Assembly: GCA_013265495.1 (NCBI GenBank)
Contig: MU058065.1
Coordinates: forward strand, 3,451,003-3,515,002
Length of the DNA: 64,000 nucleotides
Direction: 5' to 3'
Source of the DNA: Vicugna vicugna
Lineage: Eukaryota
Made by a program: the position numbers and the translations under genes. Below, one piece after another: positions 26,076 to 40,407 of this stretch. How positions within the stretch are numbered: the first letter of the stretch is position 1; every line of letters starts with the position of its first letter. The notes beneath the pieces are model-generated. The model was given only the letters and a program-made list of their open reading frames with translations, did no database searches and was not told the DNA's origin.

Positions 26076-29000
26076 AGCCCAGTGACTGTCCTGAAGCTAC
26101 TCAAAGATAAGCTGAGGGCATGTATATCTAGACTTTTCAGTATTTCTCCTTCTGTTCATCTTTGTTCTAATCAAATATAGTTTTCTTTAAAAATTCCCCT
26201 TAAAGCCAGAATACTTAAGAGATTATAAGTATAAAATAAGAACGCTAAAGAGTGAAAATTTCAAGATGGGTCTGAAATGTTTTTATTTGAAATTCCCTAT
26301 CCTTTCAAATTTTGCAACTGGTGATAAAACACATCAAAGACTTGTTTGGCCCATGCAGGGTCTGGGAAGCCTTTTATTACTCAGATCTTTGCAAAGATCC
26401 AAGAAACTAGAGTCTGAAACAGGGCCATCTCCTTACCCTCCACAGTCCATGCGCACCTGCAGTATCTCTTTTTTTCAATTGAAGTGATGGTTAAAGACTG
26501 TGTGTGTAGATTTACACCATCTTTGGCCTTTATTCTCTCTAGAGGTTAAGACAATCCTGGTGTTAGGTTGGGAACTCAAATGCCTTGAATATTTCACAAT
26601 TGATTCAGGCAGCCTTTAGAGTTTTTGGATTCATTGCTGTGACAGAAACATCAGAACAAACCATAGTAAGAAATGCAATATGATTGCAGCTTCATTTACT
26701 CCTTTTTGTGGCATGCAAGAAGTTGCCTTTCTTTTTAATTTATAATACTGTACCTTACTTTTGTTCTCCAAAGAGAAGACTCAGTTCAAAGAGAAAGAGC
26801 TTTAACACTGTTATCTACCTATTTTTTTAAATAACATCTAATAAAAAGGCAAACTTATAAGGGGGAAAATTTTTCTCTGTCGAACATACAGACTTGATTA
26901 AAAGGATCTCTGACTGTGGGAAGACCTTTTGGAGAAAAGTACATTGCGGGCATGTCCAGTTAACATCACCTTTGCCATAGGGTGCCAAATGATAGGAGGG
27001 AGAAGAAGCTATTTTAGAATTGAGCCTGCAGAGGGTTGACTTGAAAGGCACAATCTCTTGAATGGCTTCCAGAGATTAAAGTGGGGCAATTTTAGCCTCA
27101 CAGACTTCCCCAGGTGAGGCGAGGCCCCACCTCCAAGACTGGCATCTCTTTGAAACTTTGAAAAGATCTGAGAAAAGAAAAGCTTCACGGACCAGGTATG
27201 AAAGAGAAGCAGGTCTTTACATCCACTGCTGAGGAACCTCCTGCTTTTTCATTTTGCTTGTGTAACATTAACTGATAATCTCCTATCTCTCCTCTTCATC
27301 TCCCTTGAACCACTCATCCCAGGCTTTGGAGCACTGACTTCACAGATGTCTGCTCTGATGAGGGTAGGGCTCTAGGCTCTGACTTTTGAGCAGCACTGGG
27401 AGAGAGAGGACAGGAGGGAGGACTCTTGGCACTCACACTGGGCAGAGAGCACCGACAGGCTTAATTTTATTCCTTGTTTCCGCAGGCAACCCCTGGGCTC
27501 CCTGCCTCCACCTTAGCCCTTCCTTAATTTCTTAAAGAAGTCTGGGAAGAAGAAAAGAGCAAAGAAAAAAATAATGAACAAAAGAGCTGCATTCACAATC
27601 ATTGTCTCCGATCCCTCAAAACTGAAGTGCTTAGTGAGACCTTCAAAAATATAAGCATTATGAGTGCTTTTTCTTTTACAAGAATGATGCCCATTTTGAG
27701 TCTGCCTCTAAGATTAACAACTGAAATGAACATTTTCAAATATCACAAAAGTAAGAAAGTAGTATGAAGAACACCTGAATTCCTATCTCTGAGCTTCGAC
27801 AATTTTCATACGTGTGACAATTTTATTTCTTCTATCCCCCACTTTAAAATGTATTTATACTATACACTTTTGCTGGAGTATATTCAAGCCAATTTAATGT
27901 ATCAGTCTTGTTCTGTAGTACCTCAAGATACATTTATAACAGATTAGAACATTTCCCCCTAATTCCACTGCCATTATTATAACAAAAAAAATCAATAATA
28001 ATTCCTTCATATCGCCTAGTAAGTTCCGGGGCTCCACCTCACCTGCATGGGTCCATTGGCCCAAACAAGGGAGCCGGGACACACCTGTCTAAAACCTCAC
28101 TCTCCTGTATCTCTTCTCCCTGCAGACGTGTCCCAGGTGGGGCTGGTTTTACCTGTGCTCCTCCTGAATCCTTCTCTTTTCCAAGGTGGTACCACCTTCC
28201 CACTTTCTTAGAGTCATACAAGCATAGCAGTTCAGGGGAACGTTTGCACATATGTGCACACGAGTACATGTGCACACACACGTGGAGATTGGAAAATACA
28301 TTGGTTTGGGTTTAACATGCATGTGTTGTTCCACATTACCCAATTAACCTATTGTTCCCTATGACGATTTTCATGGTGCCACGTGAATTAATGATAGACC
28401 ACAGTAAAAGCAAATAAGGGGAACCTTTTCTAACGGCAGGTGCAATATTTTATGCTCCTGATTTATAAGCGTTCCCCTCCCCATTTTTCTTGGTTAGCAG
28501 CCACAGAACAAACTTTGCCAACAACTCGGTCACCTCTCTTCCACTTAAAAAAAAATTACCTTTTTGGGGGGTAACTGCTCAGTCATTTCAGGATCGTGGC
28601 CCTCTTCCTCTTCCACTCCCTTCCACTCCGAATGGCACCTGGGTTCACGGAAGGCAGAGGTGGGAGGTGGGGAGGAGCAAGTGGGTCCTTCCTGGCCTCA
28701 GCTCAGATGACCATCATCCTGCCTCAGTTCCTGGTGCACCTAATGCTGTGCTGCTGTGACTTCCGCTTTCAGATCCATCTGCTCCCTCCCTCTCCCAACC
28801 CTGATCTCCTCTGGACTCTCTCCGACACTTCTGCTCCCTACTCAGAGCTCAAGGAATTTCACGTACTTTCCTGCAGTGCTTTGGAGCATCAGGCAACTGG
28901 GCGGTGGGATGAGGTATGCCTGAGTCTCTCTGCATGGATCTGCCGACCACCATTGTTTATCTCTTCCCTGGGCTGAGGGTGCTTGGAATCTCTCCAGGAT

Positions 29001-29184
29001 ACACTCTGGAAATGAGACACCAACCTTCATGCCCTGGAAACCCCTAAAATATATCTAGGAGTTAGTATTATCTACCCCCTCCAGATTTTACTTCAAGAAG
29101 CGTTCAACAAGAGAAGCTTTTGCAAATGTGAACATTCTTTTACTGCCACCCCTTCCTTTCAAGGCTTTTCCTCACATCTGAACT

Positions 29185-29540
29185 TGGGTTCCCCCAGAAG
29201 CCGACCCTGAGGTGATCCCAAGGGAACACCAGTCGGGGAGTAGGAACGCCACTAATGAGTGTCTTGTCAAGCCAGCCACCACTGCGAGTGTCTGGAGCTA
29301 AGGAAACTCTGCTGGGGAAACTCTGAAAGCAAGGAGAGAACACATGCCTCAGGATTAACTCACCTGAGGGAGGAGGGAGCTGTGGTAATTACCTCCTGTT
29401 GGTCATTGGTTGAGAGCTACTGGTGGGGGTGAGGGAAGGGGGAGGGAAGCTGTTAATTCCTCAGCACTCTAGGCAGCAAAAGAGACTTTTGGCTGCAAGA
29501 GAAAGTTCTCGGCAATATAAATGCAGGTGCTGGCAGTTCC
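29185..29540. mobile_element. Old MaLR LTR remnant
   Basis: gggttcccccagaagccgaccctgag start motif of the old MLT1 subfamilies. Confidence 0.5.
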
Positions 29541-29738
29541 TATGACAAGAAATCTGCTTTTACGTTATTTTACATTCAGTGGTAAGGTTTCCCAGTGGGT
29601 GTACGGCACTGGAGGGCCGTAAGAGATGGGGAGGTATTGATCCACTCAGCCCTTTTGCAGCCCCATGGGGCCTGGGGCAGCTGCAACCTAAGGGCCAGTC
29701 ACCAACTGTGAGCAGCCTTATTGGGGCTGCAGAACTGG

Positions 29739-30075
29739 TGTGGTCAAGGAAATAATGGCCCCTAAAGATGTCCACATCCTAATCTCAAGAACCTGTGACT
29801 ATCTGACTTTGTATACTTGTAAAAGGGACTTTGCAGGTGTGATTAAGTTTCAGATTTAAGTTAGAGATCCTGGATTGTCCAGAAGAGCCCCATGTAATCA
29901 CAGGGTCCTTAAAGAGGGAGGCAGGAGGGCCAGAGTGAAAAGAGACGTGAGCCCAGAGTGATGTGGCCACAAGCCAAGGAATACAAGCAGCTTCTAGAAG
30001 CTGGAAAAGACAAGGAAACACACTTCCCCCTAGAGGCTTCAGAAAGAAGAGAGCTTTCGATTTTAGGTAAATTTG
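29739..30075 (+). mobile_element. MLT1-type LTR
   Basis: aataatggcccctaaagatgtccacatcctaatc...aaagggactttgcaggtgtgattaag...gccacaagccaaggaa...ctagaagctggaaaagacaagga. Confidence 0.8.
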
Positions 30076-31789
30076 TCCTATGGCCCTGGGTAGGCAATTT
30101 GGATCTTTCTGTTCCATGTTAGCACCCTGTCTCATCATAAAACAGGAGTGGAAAAACGAAGGCATTGCAAAATCCTGCTGCAAAGAGCTGCAAGTTTAAG
30201 AGCATAAAAGCCATTTTTTGTTTCAAATTTCTTGTATAAAAATTAAGACACAGGAGTTTATGAGGCTCTTACCTATCTCCCATCGTGTTTAGACTTGATT
30301 CTGTTTAGCTCTGGTATGTAAACACTTGGTCAGCCTTAGTAACTGTCAGCTGACACAAAAACCAACCTAGAACCAGTCTGCCAGCTGGTGTAACTCTGGG
30401 GCATTAACCACTTGGCAGGTTCGCCTAAGTCATGACAAATACACAGGACTACCAGCAACTGGAGCCTCCAGCTGTTTTCTTTTGACTCCACTTACAGAGA
30501 GCCAAAAACATTCAAGAGCAATTTCTAATAGTCCCTAGGGAGCACAGTAGACTTGTGTTTTCTTGCTGAAACTAAAGTTTAAGTAGAGAAACACAAATTC
30601 ATGCCGAAGTATCGAGACATCCAAAGCCCAGTGAAACAAGAAAACACACGAGGAAAAATTGGATGAATTTATCATATTAAGTGTCAAATTGACCGAATTA
30701 TCCTTTCTTTACTGATACCTCACTGAAACAAAATTTTAGAAAAGGAAGAATGGTTTCCATACTTATAACGAAATTCTTGAAGAGAAAAAGTTCCTTTTTT
30801 AAAAAACTTATCCCTTCCTAAACATGAATGTTAACAGAATAAACACATTTTCTTGGGTGATACTAAATGATACTAGTATGATATGTTCCATACTAAAAAA
30901 ATACAAACTATGAAAGGATAATTAGTGTTTAATAGGATGTGAAGTCATCCAGCTAATATTATTGTGTAAATTATATTTTTTGAGGACAATGGTCTACAAA
31001 AATTCTGAGCATCTACCTTGGGGAATTAATCCAAAATATGAAAAATGTCATATGATCAAAATTTTAATTGCTACATGATTTTTAGTAGCCAAATATTTTA
31101 CCCAAATATCCATCAATGAAAGAACATTTAAGAAAATTATGGTAGAGTAATTGGATTAAAAAGCTAATCAGCCATTAAAAATCATTTATTTATTCAAGGA
31201 TATTTATTGAATGTCTATGCTAGGCACTATTCTAGGTATTGGGGATATGGAAAGGAACAAAACACAAAACTCCCTACCTTCCATAGACTTACATGAATAT
31301 GGGAGGGTACACAGTAAATAAATCAGTTAATTAAATACACAGCATGTGTATGCTGGGCCGGCTCCATGGGCTTGTGACAGGGTCCTGTGCTCAGGAGGTC
31401 CTCCATCTTGCTTTAATGCTCTTCTAGCAACCTTCTTAAAATTCTTAATAATTTTTTAACAAGGGTCCCACATTTTCAGTTTGCACCAGACCCCATCAAT
31501 TAAGGGTAAGAGGGGCAGAAATTTGGGAGGAGATTGCAATTTTTTAGATCAGAGAGTCAGAGTAAGCATCACTGATGTGATATTTGAGCAAGAATATGAA
31601 AGATGTCTTGGTTATAAAAATTATTAATATTATGGAAAATGCGTATTATATATTTGCTTAATTAATGATTGCTTTTGAGTGAAAAACGTGAGCTGGGGTT
31701 TTTGGATTCAAGACAAAAGCCTTTGGAAATATTCTCGCTCCCTCTCTCCCCACCCTGGCGAATCCTGTTGGCCTCACCTTTGCATATGG

Positions 31790-32525
31790 AATCCAGCCAG
31801 TCCCACCCAATCCAAGCACCTTTCTCTCTCTAGTTTGTTAACTGAAGCCACCTACCCCGTTTCCATCTTCTTAACTTGTCTACACTATTCTTCACACAGC
31901 AATGATAGTTACAATTTTCATATCTAAATCATGTACCTCTCTGTTCAAAACCCATCAATGGCTTCTCATTTTACTTTAACTAAAAATTTTTTTAAAAAAC
32001 CATTAAGATGATATACAAGTTCCTATGTCATCATCCCTGCCCTTACCCTCTCTGTGGCCTCATCTCCCGTCCTTTCCCCTAACTCACTCTGCTTCTCCCA
32101 CTGGCTTCCTTGTTATTCCTGGAACACACTGATGTGTTCCCACCTCAGAACCTTTGCACATGCTGTTCACATCGATTAGGGTATTCTGCCCTTGAAGAGC
32201 CGCATGGTTCTGTCCCTCACTTTCTTCAGGTCTTTGTTCACGTGTTACGGCCACCTTATTTAAAATAGCAAACGACCCCTTCCACATCCCAGCACTCTGT
32301 CCTCCTAGCCTGCTATATTTTTCTTTATAGCACTTTCCACTTATTATCAGATAAATATGTTCATTTGTTTTTTTGTATCACACACACATACACATACACT
32401 AGAATGTAAGCTCCAGGAGGGCAAGCATTTTGTCTGTTTTGTTCACTGTCTGTTTTATGTCACCAACCTCAAAAACACTGTTTGTCACATGGTAGACACC
32501 ATAAATAGTAATTTGAATAATAAAT
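31790..32525 (+). mobile_element. LINE-2 3' region
   Basis: ctcagaacctttgcacatgctgttc, ctagaatgtaagctccaggagggcaag...tttgtctgttttgttcactg, ending in tgaataataaat. Confidence 0.7.
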
Positions 32526-32924
32526 CAAATTAAAATGAAGCATGGTATATGCATTATTATTACAACTATGTAGAAATGCTTGTTTATAAGAATAAATTCA
32601 GTGATGGCAATAGCTATGCTGAAGTATTGCGTTATAGGTGATTTTAAAATGCTCTTTTCTGAATTTTCTTTAAGGTAGTTGCATTATTTCTATACACATT
32701 TTAAAAATCACCATTATCTGCACATTATAGTAAGTATTCAGATGGCCTACTGCAATGAGTACTAAATCAGATGTTTCTTTGGAAAGTTTTTTTCAAATTT
32801 GCTTAATGGATTTTACTTGAGGTGATACAAATACACAATGAGAAGATATGTCTTAATCCCAAGGAATTTCAGTGGCTTGTGATTTCAAGTCCACGTAAAT
32901 TGACCACATTTTGAACACTGAACT

Positions 32925-33450
32925 TTTAATTTAAGAACAGTTTTAGATTTATGAAAAATTTGCAAATATAGCATAGAGAGTTTCCATAGACTCTCCACTG
33001 TTCCCCTATAACTAATATCTTCCTTTGATATGCCACATTTATCTTAACTGACGAACCAACACTGACACACGATTATTCACTAAAGTCCATATCTTATTCA
33101 GATTTCCTTAGTTTTTACCTAATGCCTCTTTTTGTTCCAATCTCCCCTCCAGGATATCATATCACATTTAGTCATCCTATCTACTTAGGCTCCTTTTGGC
33201 TGTGACAGTTTCTCAGACTTCCCCTCTTTTTGATGATCTTGACAGTTTTGAAGGGTACTGGTTAGCTATTTTGTAAAATATCCTTCTGTTGGAATTTGCC
33301 TTATGTTTTCCCCCATGATTAGATGGGTTATGGGGTTTTGAGAGGAATATCACATTAAATGCCTATCTCCACACATCGTATCGACAGTATGTGTGATCAA
33401 CTTGACTTATCACTGTTGATGTTAACCTTGATCACCCGGTCAAGAGAATT
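32925..33450 (-). mobile_element. Old L1M 3'UTR fragment
   Basis: cagttttagatttat...gagagtttccata...gtgacagtttctcagacttccc...ttgatgatcttgacagttttg. Confidence 0.6.
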
Positions 33451-33589
33451 TTTGTTCTGAACCATTTTTATTTACTGATAAAGAAATAATAATTTCCTTA
33501 GAATGAGAATCTTTTGAATCACTGCAATTTAGGCCTGTTTGGGTAGCTGCTTCTTCTCCTCCTCCTCCTCCTTCTCCTTCTTTTTAAAA

Positions 33590-33822
33590 ACATTTTTATG
33601 GTACTTAGTATGCATGAGACACTGTTTGAAGCTTAACACACGTTAACTCATTTTAACTCCACAATAACTCCATGAAGTAGATACTAGTCTCCCATTTTAC
33701 AGAGGAGAAAACTCAGGCACAGAAGAGTTAAGTAATTTGTTCAGGCTTGTATAGCTAGTAAGTGGCACAGGCAATCTGGCAGCAGAGTGCTTGTTCTTAA
33801 CCATTACACCGTACTGCCTCTG
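33590..33822 (-). mobile_element. MIR SINE
   Basis: cccattttacagaggagaaaactcaggcacagaagagttaagtaatttg core. Confidence 0.75.
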
Positions 33823-33880
33823 TGGGAGGAGAGAGAACTTACCGCCATAAACAGAGCCCATTCTTTTTTCCCCTTTGCTC

Positions 33881-34636
33881 TTTATTTTTTATTGAAGTGT
33901 AGTTGAAGTACAATATTACATAAATTCAGGTGTACAGTAAAGTGATTCACAATTTGTAAAGGTTATTCTCCATTTTTGAGGACGGCTATGTGCAAACTCT
34001 CTGCATTTTCTGCTCAATTCTGCTGTGAACCTGAAACTGCTCTGAAAGAATAAAGTCTATTAAAATAAAGGTTATACTCCACTTATAGTTACTATAAAAT
34101 ATTGGCTATATTCCTTGTGTTGTACAACACATCCTTGTAGCTTATTTTACACATTATAGTTTGTATTTGTCAATCCCCTCCCTCTATCATGCCCCTCCCC
34201 GACTCCTCCTCCCCCACTGGTAACCACTAGTTTTTCTCTGTATCTGTGACTCTGCTTCTTTTTTGTTATATTCACTGGTTTGTTGTATTTTTTTAGATTT
34301 CACATATAAGTGATACACGGTATTTGTCTTTCTCTGTCTGACTTTTTTCATTTAGCATAATGCCCTCCAAGTCCATCCCAGTTGTTTCAAATGGCAAAAC
34401 TTTACTCTTTTTATGGCTGAGTAGTATTCCATTGTGTGCATATACACAAACATGCACACACATCCCTTCCTTATCCATTTATCTGTTCGTGGACTCTAGA
34501 TTGCTTCCATATCTTGGCAATTATAAATAATGCTGCTATGAACATTGGGGTGCATGCATCTTTTCGAATTAGTGCTTTGGTTTTTTTCTGATATATACCC
34601 AGGAGTGGAATTGCTAGTCATATGGTAGTTCTATTG
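33881..34636 (-). mobile_element. LINE-1 3' end (antisense); partly duplicated at 35107-35699
   Basis: Minus-strand translation HNGILLSHKKSKVLPFETTGMDLEGIMLNEKSQTEKDKY matches the L1 ORF2 C-terminus. Confidence 0.9.
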
Positions 34637-36168
34637 CATTAATTATTTTAAAGCTTTATCTTTGCAGTATATAGCAATGAGCTCTATCTCCTAAAGTAAT
34701 TTCTTAATTGATATACTTTTCCTGATGAAGGCAATTTCAATTCCAGCCAACTCAACACTGCCATGGGCACTCCTGTCATGTACTGATGCAGAACACCCAG
34801 TTATCTGCAGAATCAAGTCTAGCCCTGCTAGTATGGTCCTGAGCTTTGCTGGATAACAAGCCACTGTTGAAGCAGGCCATTCACCACGCCCTCAACACAC
34901 TCTTTTTCCCTGTAGCTGCTTTAAATGTCTTTCTCTCTGCATCTGTCTCAATCCCCAATTTACTGACCAAGAGTCTGGAAACTTCCCATATCCCACAGCA
35001 GAAATAACTTCTCTCTCCTCTTTATTCTCACCAGAGCTTGTCCCTGGATCACAAACATGCCTCATCCTGCCTCTCAGTTTTGCACATATGTTTAATATCC
35101 TCTATAGAAAGAATAAAGTCTATTAAAATAAAGGTTATACTCCACTTATAGTTACTATAAAATATTGGCTATATTCCTTGTGTTGTACAACACATCCTTG
35201 TAGCTTATTTTACACATTATAGTTTGTATTTGTCAATCCCCTCCCTCTATCATGCCCCTCCCCGACTCCTCCTCCCCCACTGGTAACCACTAGTTTTTCT
35301 CTGTATCTGTGACTCTGCTTCTTTTTTGTTATATTCACTGGTTTGTTGTATTTTTTTAGATTTCACATATAAGTGATACACGGTATTTGTCTTTCTCTGT
35401 CTGACTTTTTTCATTTAGCATAATGCCCTCCAAGTCCATCCCAGTTGTTTCAAATGGCAAAACTTTACTCTTTTTATGGCTGAGTAGTATTCCATTGTGT
35501 GCATATACACAAACATGCACACACATCCCTTCCTTATCCATTTATCTGTTCGTGGACTCTAGATTGCTTCCATATCTTGGCAATTATAAATAATGCTGCT
35601 ATGAACATTGGGGTGCATGCATCTTTTCGAATTAGTGCTTTGGTTTTTTTCTGATATATACCCAGGAGTGGAATTGCTAGTCATATGGTAGTTCTATTGC
35701 ATTAATTATTTTAAAGCTTTATCTTTGCAGTATATAGCAATGAGCTCTATCTCCTAAAGTAATTTCTTAATTGATATACTTTTCCTGATGAAGGCAATTT
35801 CAATTCCAGCCAACTCAACACTGCCATGGGCACTCCTGTCATGTACTGATGCAGAACACCCAGTTATCTGCAGAATCAAGTCTAGCCCTGCTAGTATGGT
35901 CCTGAGCTTTGCTGGATAACAAGCCACTGTTGAAGCAGGCCATTCACCACGCCCTCAACACACTCTTTTTCCCTGTAGCTGCTTTAAATGTCTTTCTCTC
36001 TGCATCTGTCTCAATCCCCAATTTACTGACCAAGAGTCTGGAAACTTCCCATATCCCACAGCAGAAATAACTTCTCTCTCCTCTTTATTCTCACCAGAGC
36101 TTGTCCCTGGATCACAAACATGCCTCATCCTGCCTCTCAGTTTTGCACATATGTTTAATATCCTCTAT
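34044..36168 (+). repeat. Head-to-tail direct duplication, 2 x 1,062 bp (34044-35105 and 35107-36168)
   Basis: The same sequence recurs at offset 1,063; the 61-aa ORFs at 34293 and 35356 are identical. No mismatches were noticed on spot comparison. Confidence 0.97.
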
Positions 36169-36994
36169 CAGATTGTTAGTTTCTGGAGGCCAAGTATCTT
36201 ATCACATAGCAATAATACCTTCCAGCGAAGGACCTCAATAAATGTCAAATTGAATCAACCCATTTTCTATTTTAAAATGTCAACTGTTTGATTGGCTCAT
36301 TTACTACTTGGTTCTGAGTGGCATTATCTGCCTATACATCTATTCTTCCATTATTACCAGTGAGATTTCGCCTTGTCCTCATATTTTATACAGTGCTTTA
36401 TTTATTACAGCTGACAGATCAATAATGTGTGGTGAGATTCGTAGGTCGGGAGGAGATGCTACCTGTATCCCTATCTTTGACATAATGGAAGAGTTGGACC
36501 ACTCTGTCACTATTGGCTGTGTCACTTTGGGCTGGTTACACGAACCTTCTGGGCCTCCCTCACAGGGCGTTTGAGAGGAATTTTGAGATCGGGAACAGAA
36601 ACAGTAATGAGTGTTAACAGGGGCTGGGGATGTGTCTGTATGCTATGTGTACAACATGTTCAGTCTGTGAGCCCTGGTCCTAAGATATAAAATAATCAGA
36701 GATGCTGGGATCCCCTCAAAATACTAGCCAAACAGAGAGAGTAAATTCCAGCCTCTTGTTAACCAAATTCTGAGAATTGTTTATGAGCTCATCGACAGAA
36801 TGCATTATCGACAAAATCGGTACCTGGACCCCTCAAAGAGGGTGCCATGGTATCTAAGTTACCATGAGCTATGGAAGAAATGACCATAACTACTAAATAA
36901 TTACTCTGACCGGTAATGCTAACTTCGCTTGCACAGTTATGAATTGGGATATGTTTCTGCTGTGGGTTTCAATTTAGCTAAATCTGAGGTGTAG

Positions 36995-37170
36995 ATCCTC
37001 AGCCAGGGGGAGGGACATTTTTGGTTATCACTGCTGGGGAGGGTCACTACTAACATCAAGTGCATGGAGGCCAGGGATGTTGTAAAGCGTCTGACAATGT
37101 ACCCAACAGCAACCCCAGGAAAGAATGATCCAGCTCAAAATGTCAACAGGGCTGAGGCTGAGAAGCCCTG
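36995..37170. mobile_element. MER20-like hAT MITE
   Basis: gacatttttggttatcac...gaggccagggatgttgtaaa...ccagctcaaaatgtcaa...gctgaggctgagaagccctg. Confidence 0.75.
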
Positions 37171-39381
37171 GCATAGCCCCATGCTCCACATCTCGATTCT
37201 TCCATTCAATGGGAAGAATGCATAATAGAATAAAATTTTGAAATCTCAAATGTTTTGCCCAAATGCATGCCACATGCAAACACACAGACCTTCAGATTTC
37301 TTTCAGTCCTCCTTGGCACAGAGGTTGCACAGGTCCTAGGAAGTGGGTAGGAGGGACAGGGAAGAACAGAAATGCACACCAGCCCCTCCTGTCTCTGAAC
37401 TTCTCTTCTCCCTACGCCCCATTTAAAACCTTTTCCCATATCATCATTATCTCTAGTCAGGGCTTAAAGTACAAGGACCCAGTTTAAAATTGTGTCTAAA
37501 ATGCACAGTACCAGGCTCTTCACAACCAAACAGTTAAAGGAGGAAAGAGAACAGGAAGAGAAGGACAGGAACGAGACTCCCTCTGCGATCATTAGGTTTG
37601 TGTAAGTTTGTAATATTCCAAGGCCAGACCAGAGTCTTCTTCTGAAGTCCCATCATCCTGCCCTCTGATCATCACAGCCTTTGTCACAAAATGATACACT
37701 TAAACAGTATCCCCCTAAATCACACTTACAAAGTTTGAAACTAAGAAATGGAAAGCTCATGGCTTTTAATGAGCTTCACGTAAAGTCCTCTCAAACCTAA
37801 GACAACAATCACACTTACTATTCACACAGAGTAAAAAGGACATTTATTTTCAAATGTCACAGAAACTTAATAGTTATGACAGTTCCTCCTCTTGTCTACA
37901 CATTGGTGGTTTATTGATATCTTTCTTTCCTTCTTTCTCTTCCTTCAGCTTGATTCTTATTCGTTCATCCTCTCCACAAATACTCCCTGCGGGATCTTGC
38001 TGTCTTCTGCAGAGAATCCAGAGAGAAAGTGGGAACAGTCACATCTCCTGGGAACCCAGAGAGACATCCTCTTTCTCTTCCTTGTGGCAGCTGGAGAGGC
38101 TCTCTCTTCTCAGGGTGGGGACTAACTTGGAGAAACAAGGAAACAGGACTTTCTTATTAGGAATATCCAAACATCACTCCTCAGGTGGGCCCCAGCCCCC
38201 CCCACACCTGAATCCTACTGAGCGTTCCTTGAAGAAGTGCTACTGCTTGCTAACCTGCTCAGATGGGATTCTATTGGCTTTAATAAATTCAGGAAGATCC
38301 ATCTCACGTTATTTACAGTTTTCAGCTCTCTACATGTGTATGTTAAAAGTGGACCAAGGGGATGAGTGATGTCAGGGGCTAGGTTTAAGCTGGACCTTGA
38401 AATTCTGTGAACCTGTTTGACAATAACACTTCCCCCTCTCTGTCTCTGTGACCCCATGCAAAGGAGCTACCTCCATCCTCTGTGCTCAGCGTCAGGAAAT
38501 CAGCAGGATCTGGCTGTGAATCTGTCTTCATGCCTCCTTAAATGTCAGGAAACAATATTTCAAGGGGGGCAAAGGTACTGTTCAGCTCCAAAATTTTCTC
38601 CAAATGGCGACAGGAAAATGTCATCCCTCGGCTTCCACCCCTAGAAGAATGTTGCAGGGCTACCTGGGCTTGCTAATAAAAGCGGAAAGTGTAAACGGAC
38701 TGGTGATGACTGGCTCTCGCCCTTGGACGGAGAAATGAGATCACGATTTTCACGAAGGGCAAGAACCGCCGGTGCCGCCACTGCCGAGGCTGCTGCTGCT
38801 TCTCCCTGCGCGGGTCCCGCATTACATCACCGGTGAGCTCCTGCGGGGAGGGCGAGAGGAGGGTCGGCCGGAGACTCAGCCCCAGCCCAAGGAAGATAAA
38901 TATAGAATAACAAGGATAGAGGGGGAGGGGGCGAGGGAAAGGGAGAAGAAAAAAGCAGGACCAGGTTTCCCACCACCACCCTGAGTGTGTGTATGGGGGA
39001 GGGCGTTGCATGGGCGCCAAGTTCTTAAGCAGCCGCACCCCAGATTCCGTTCCCGCATCGCCCCCCGCCCCCCAGCCGCCCTCAAGTCCCAATTCCAAGT
39101 CCAGCGAAAACCAATATCCAAATCGGCCAGGGAAGCCGCCTTGAGAGGCCCAAGGGGGACGGCAGAGAGGCTCCCGGGGGCTGGGAGGGACGGCGGTGCC
39201 CGCGCCTTCTTGGGGGAGTCGGGGGAAGGCGGTCGCTGCTGCGCCCCCGCCCGGCCCAGCCAGCGGTGCCTCCCTCGCCAGGCGACAGCCGCCAGAGGGG
39301 GGAGGCAGAAGCGCCTCCTCCCCGCCCGGAGCCGAAGCGGCGGCGCAGGGGGAGGAAGGCGCCTCACCTTGCCCCCGATGA

Positions 39382-40407
<1,026 letters not shown>

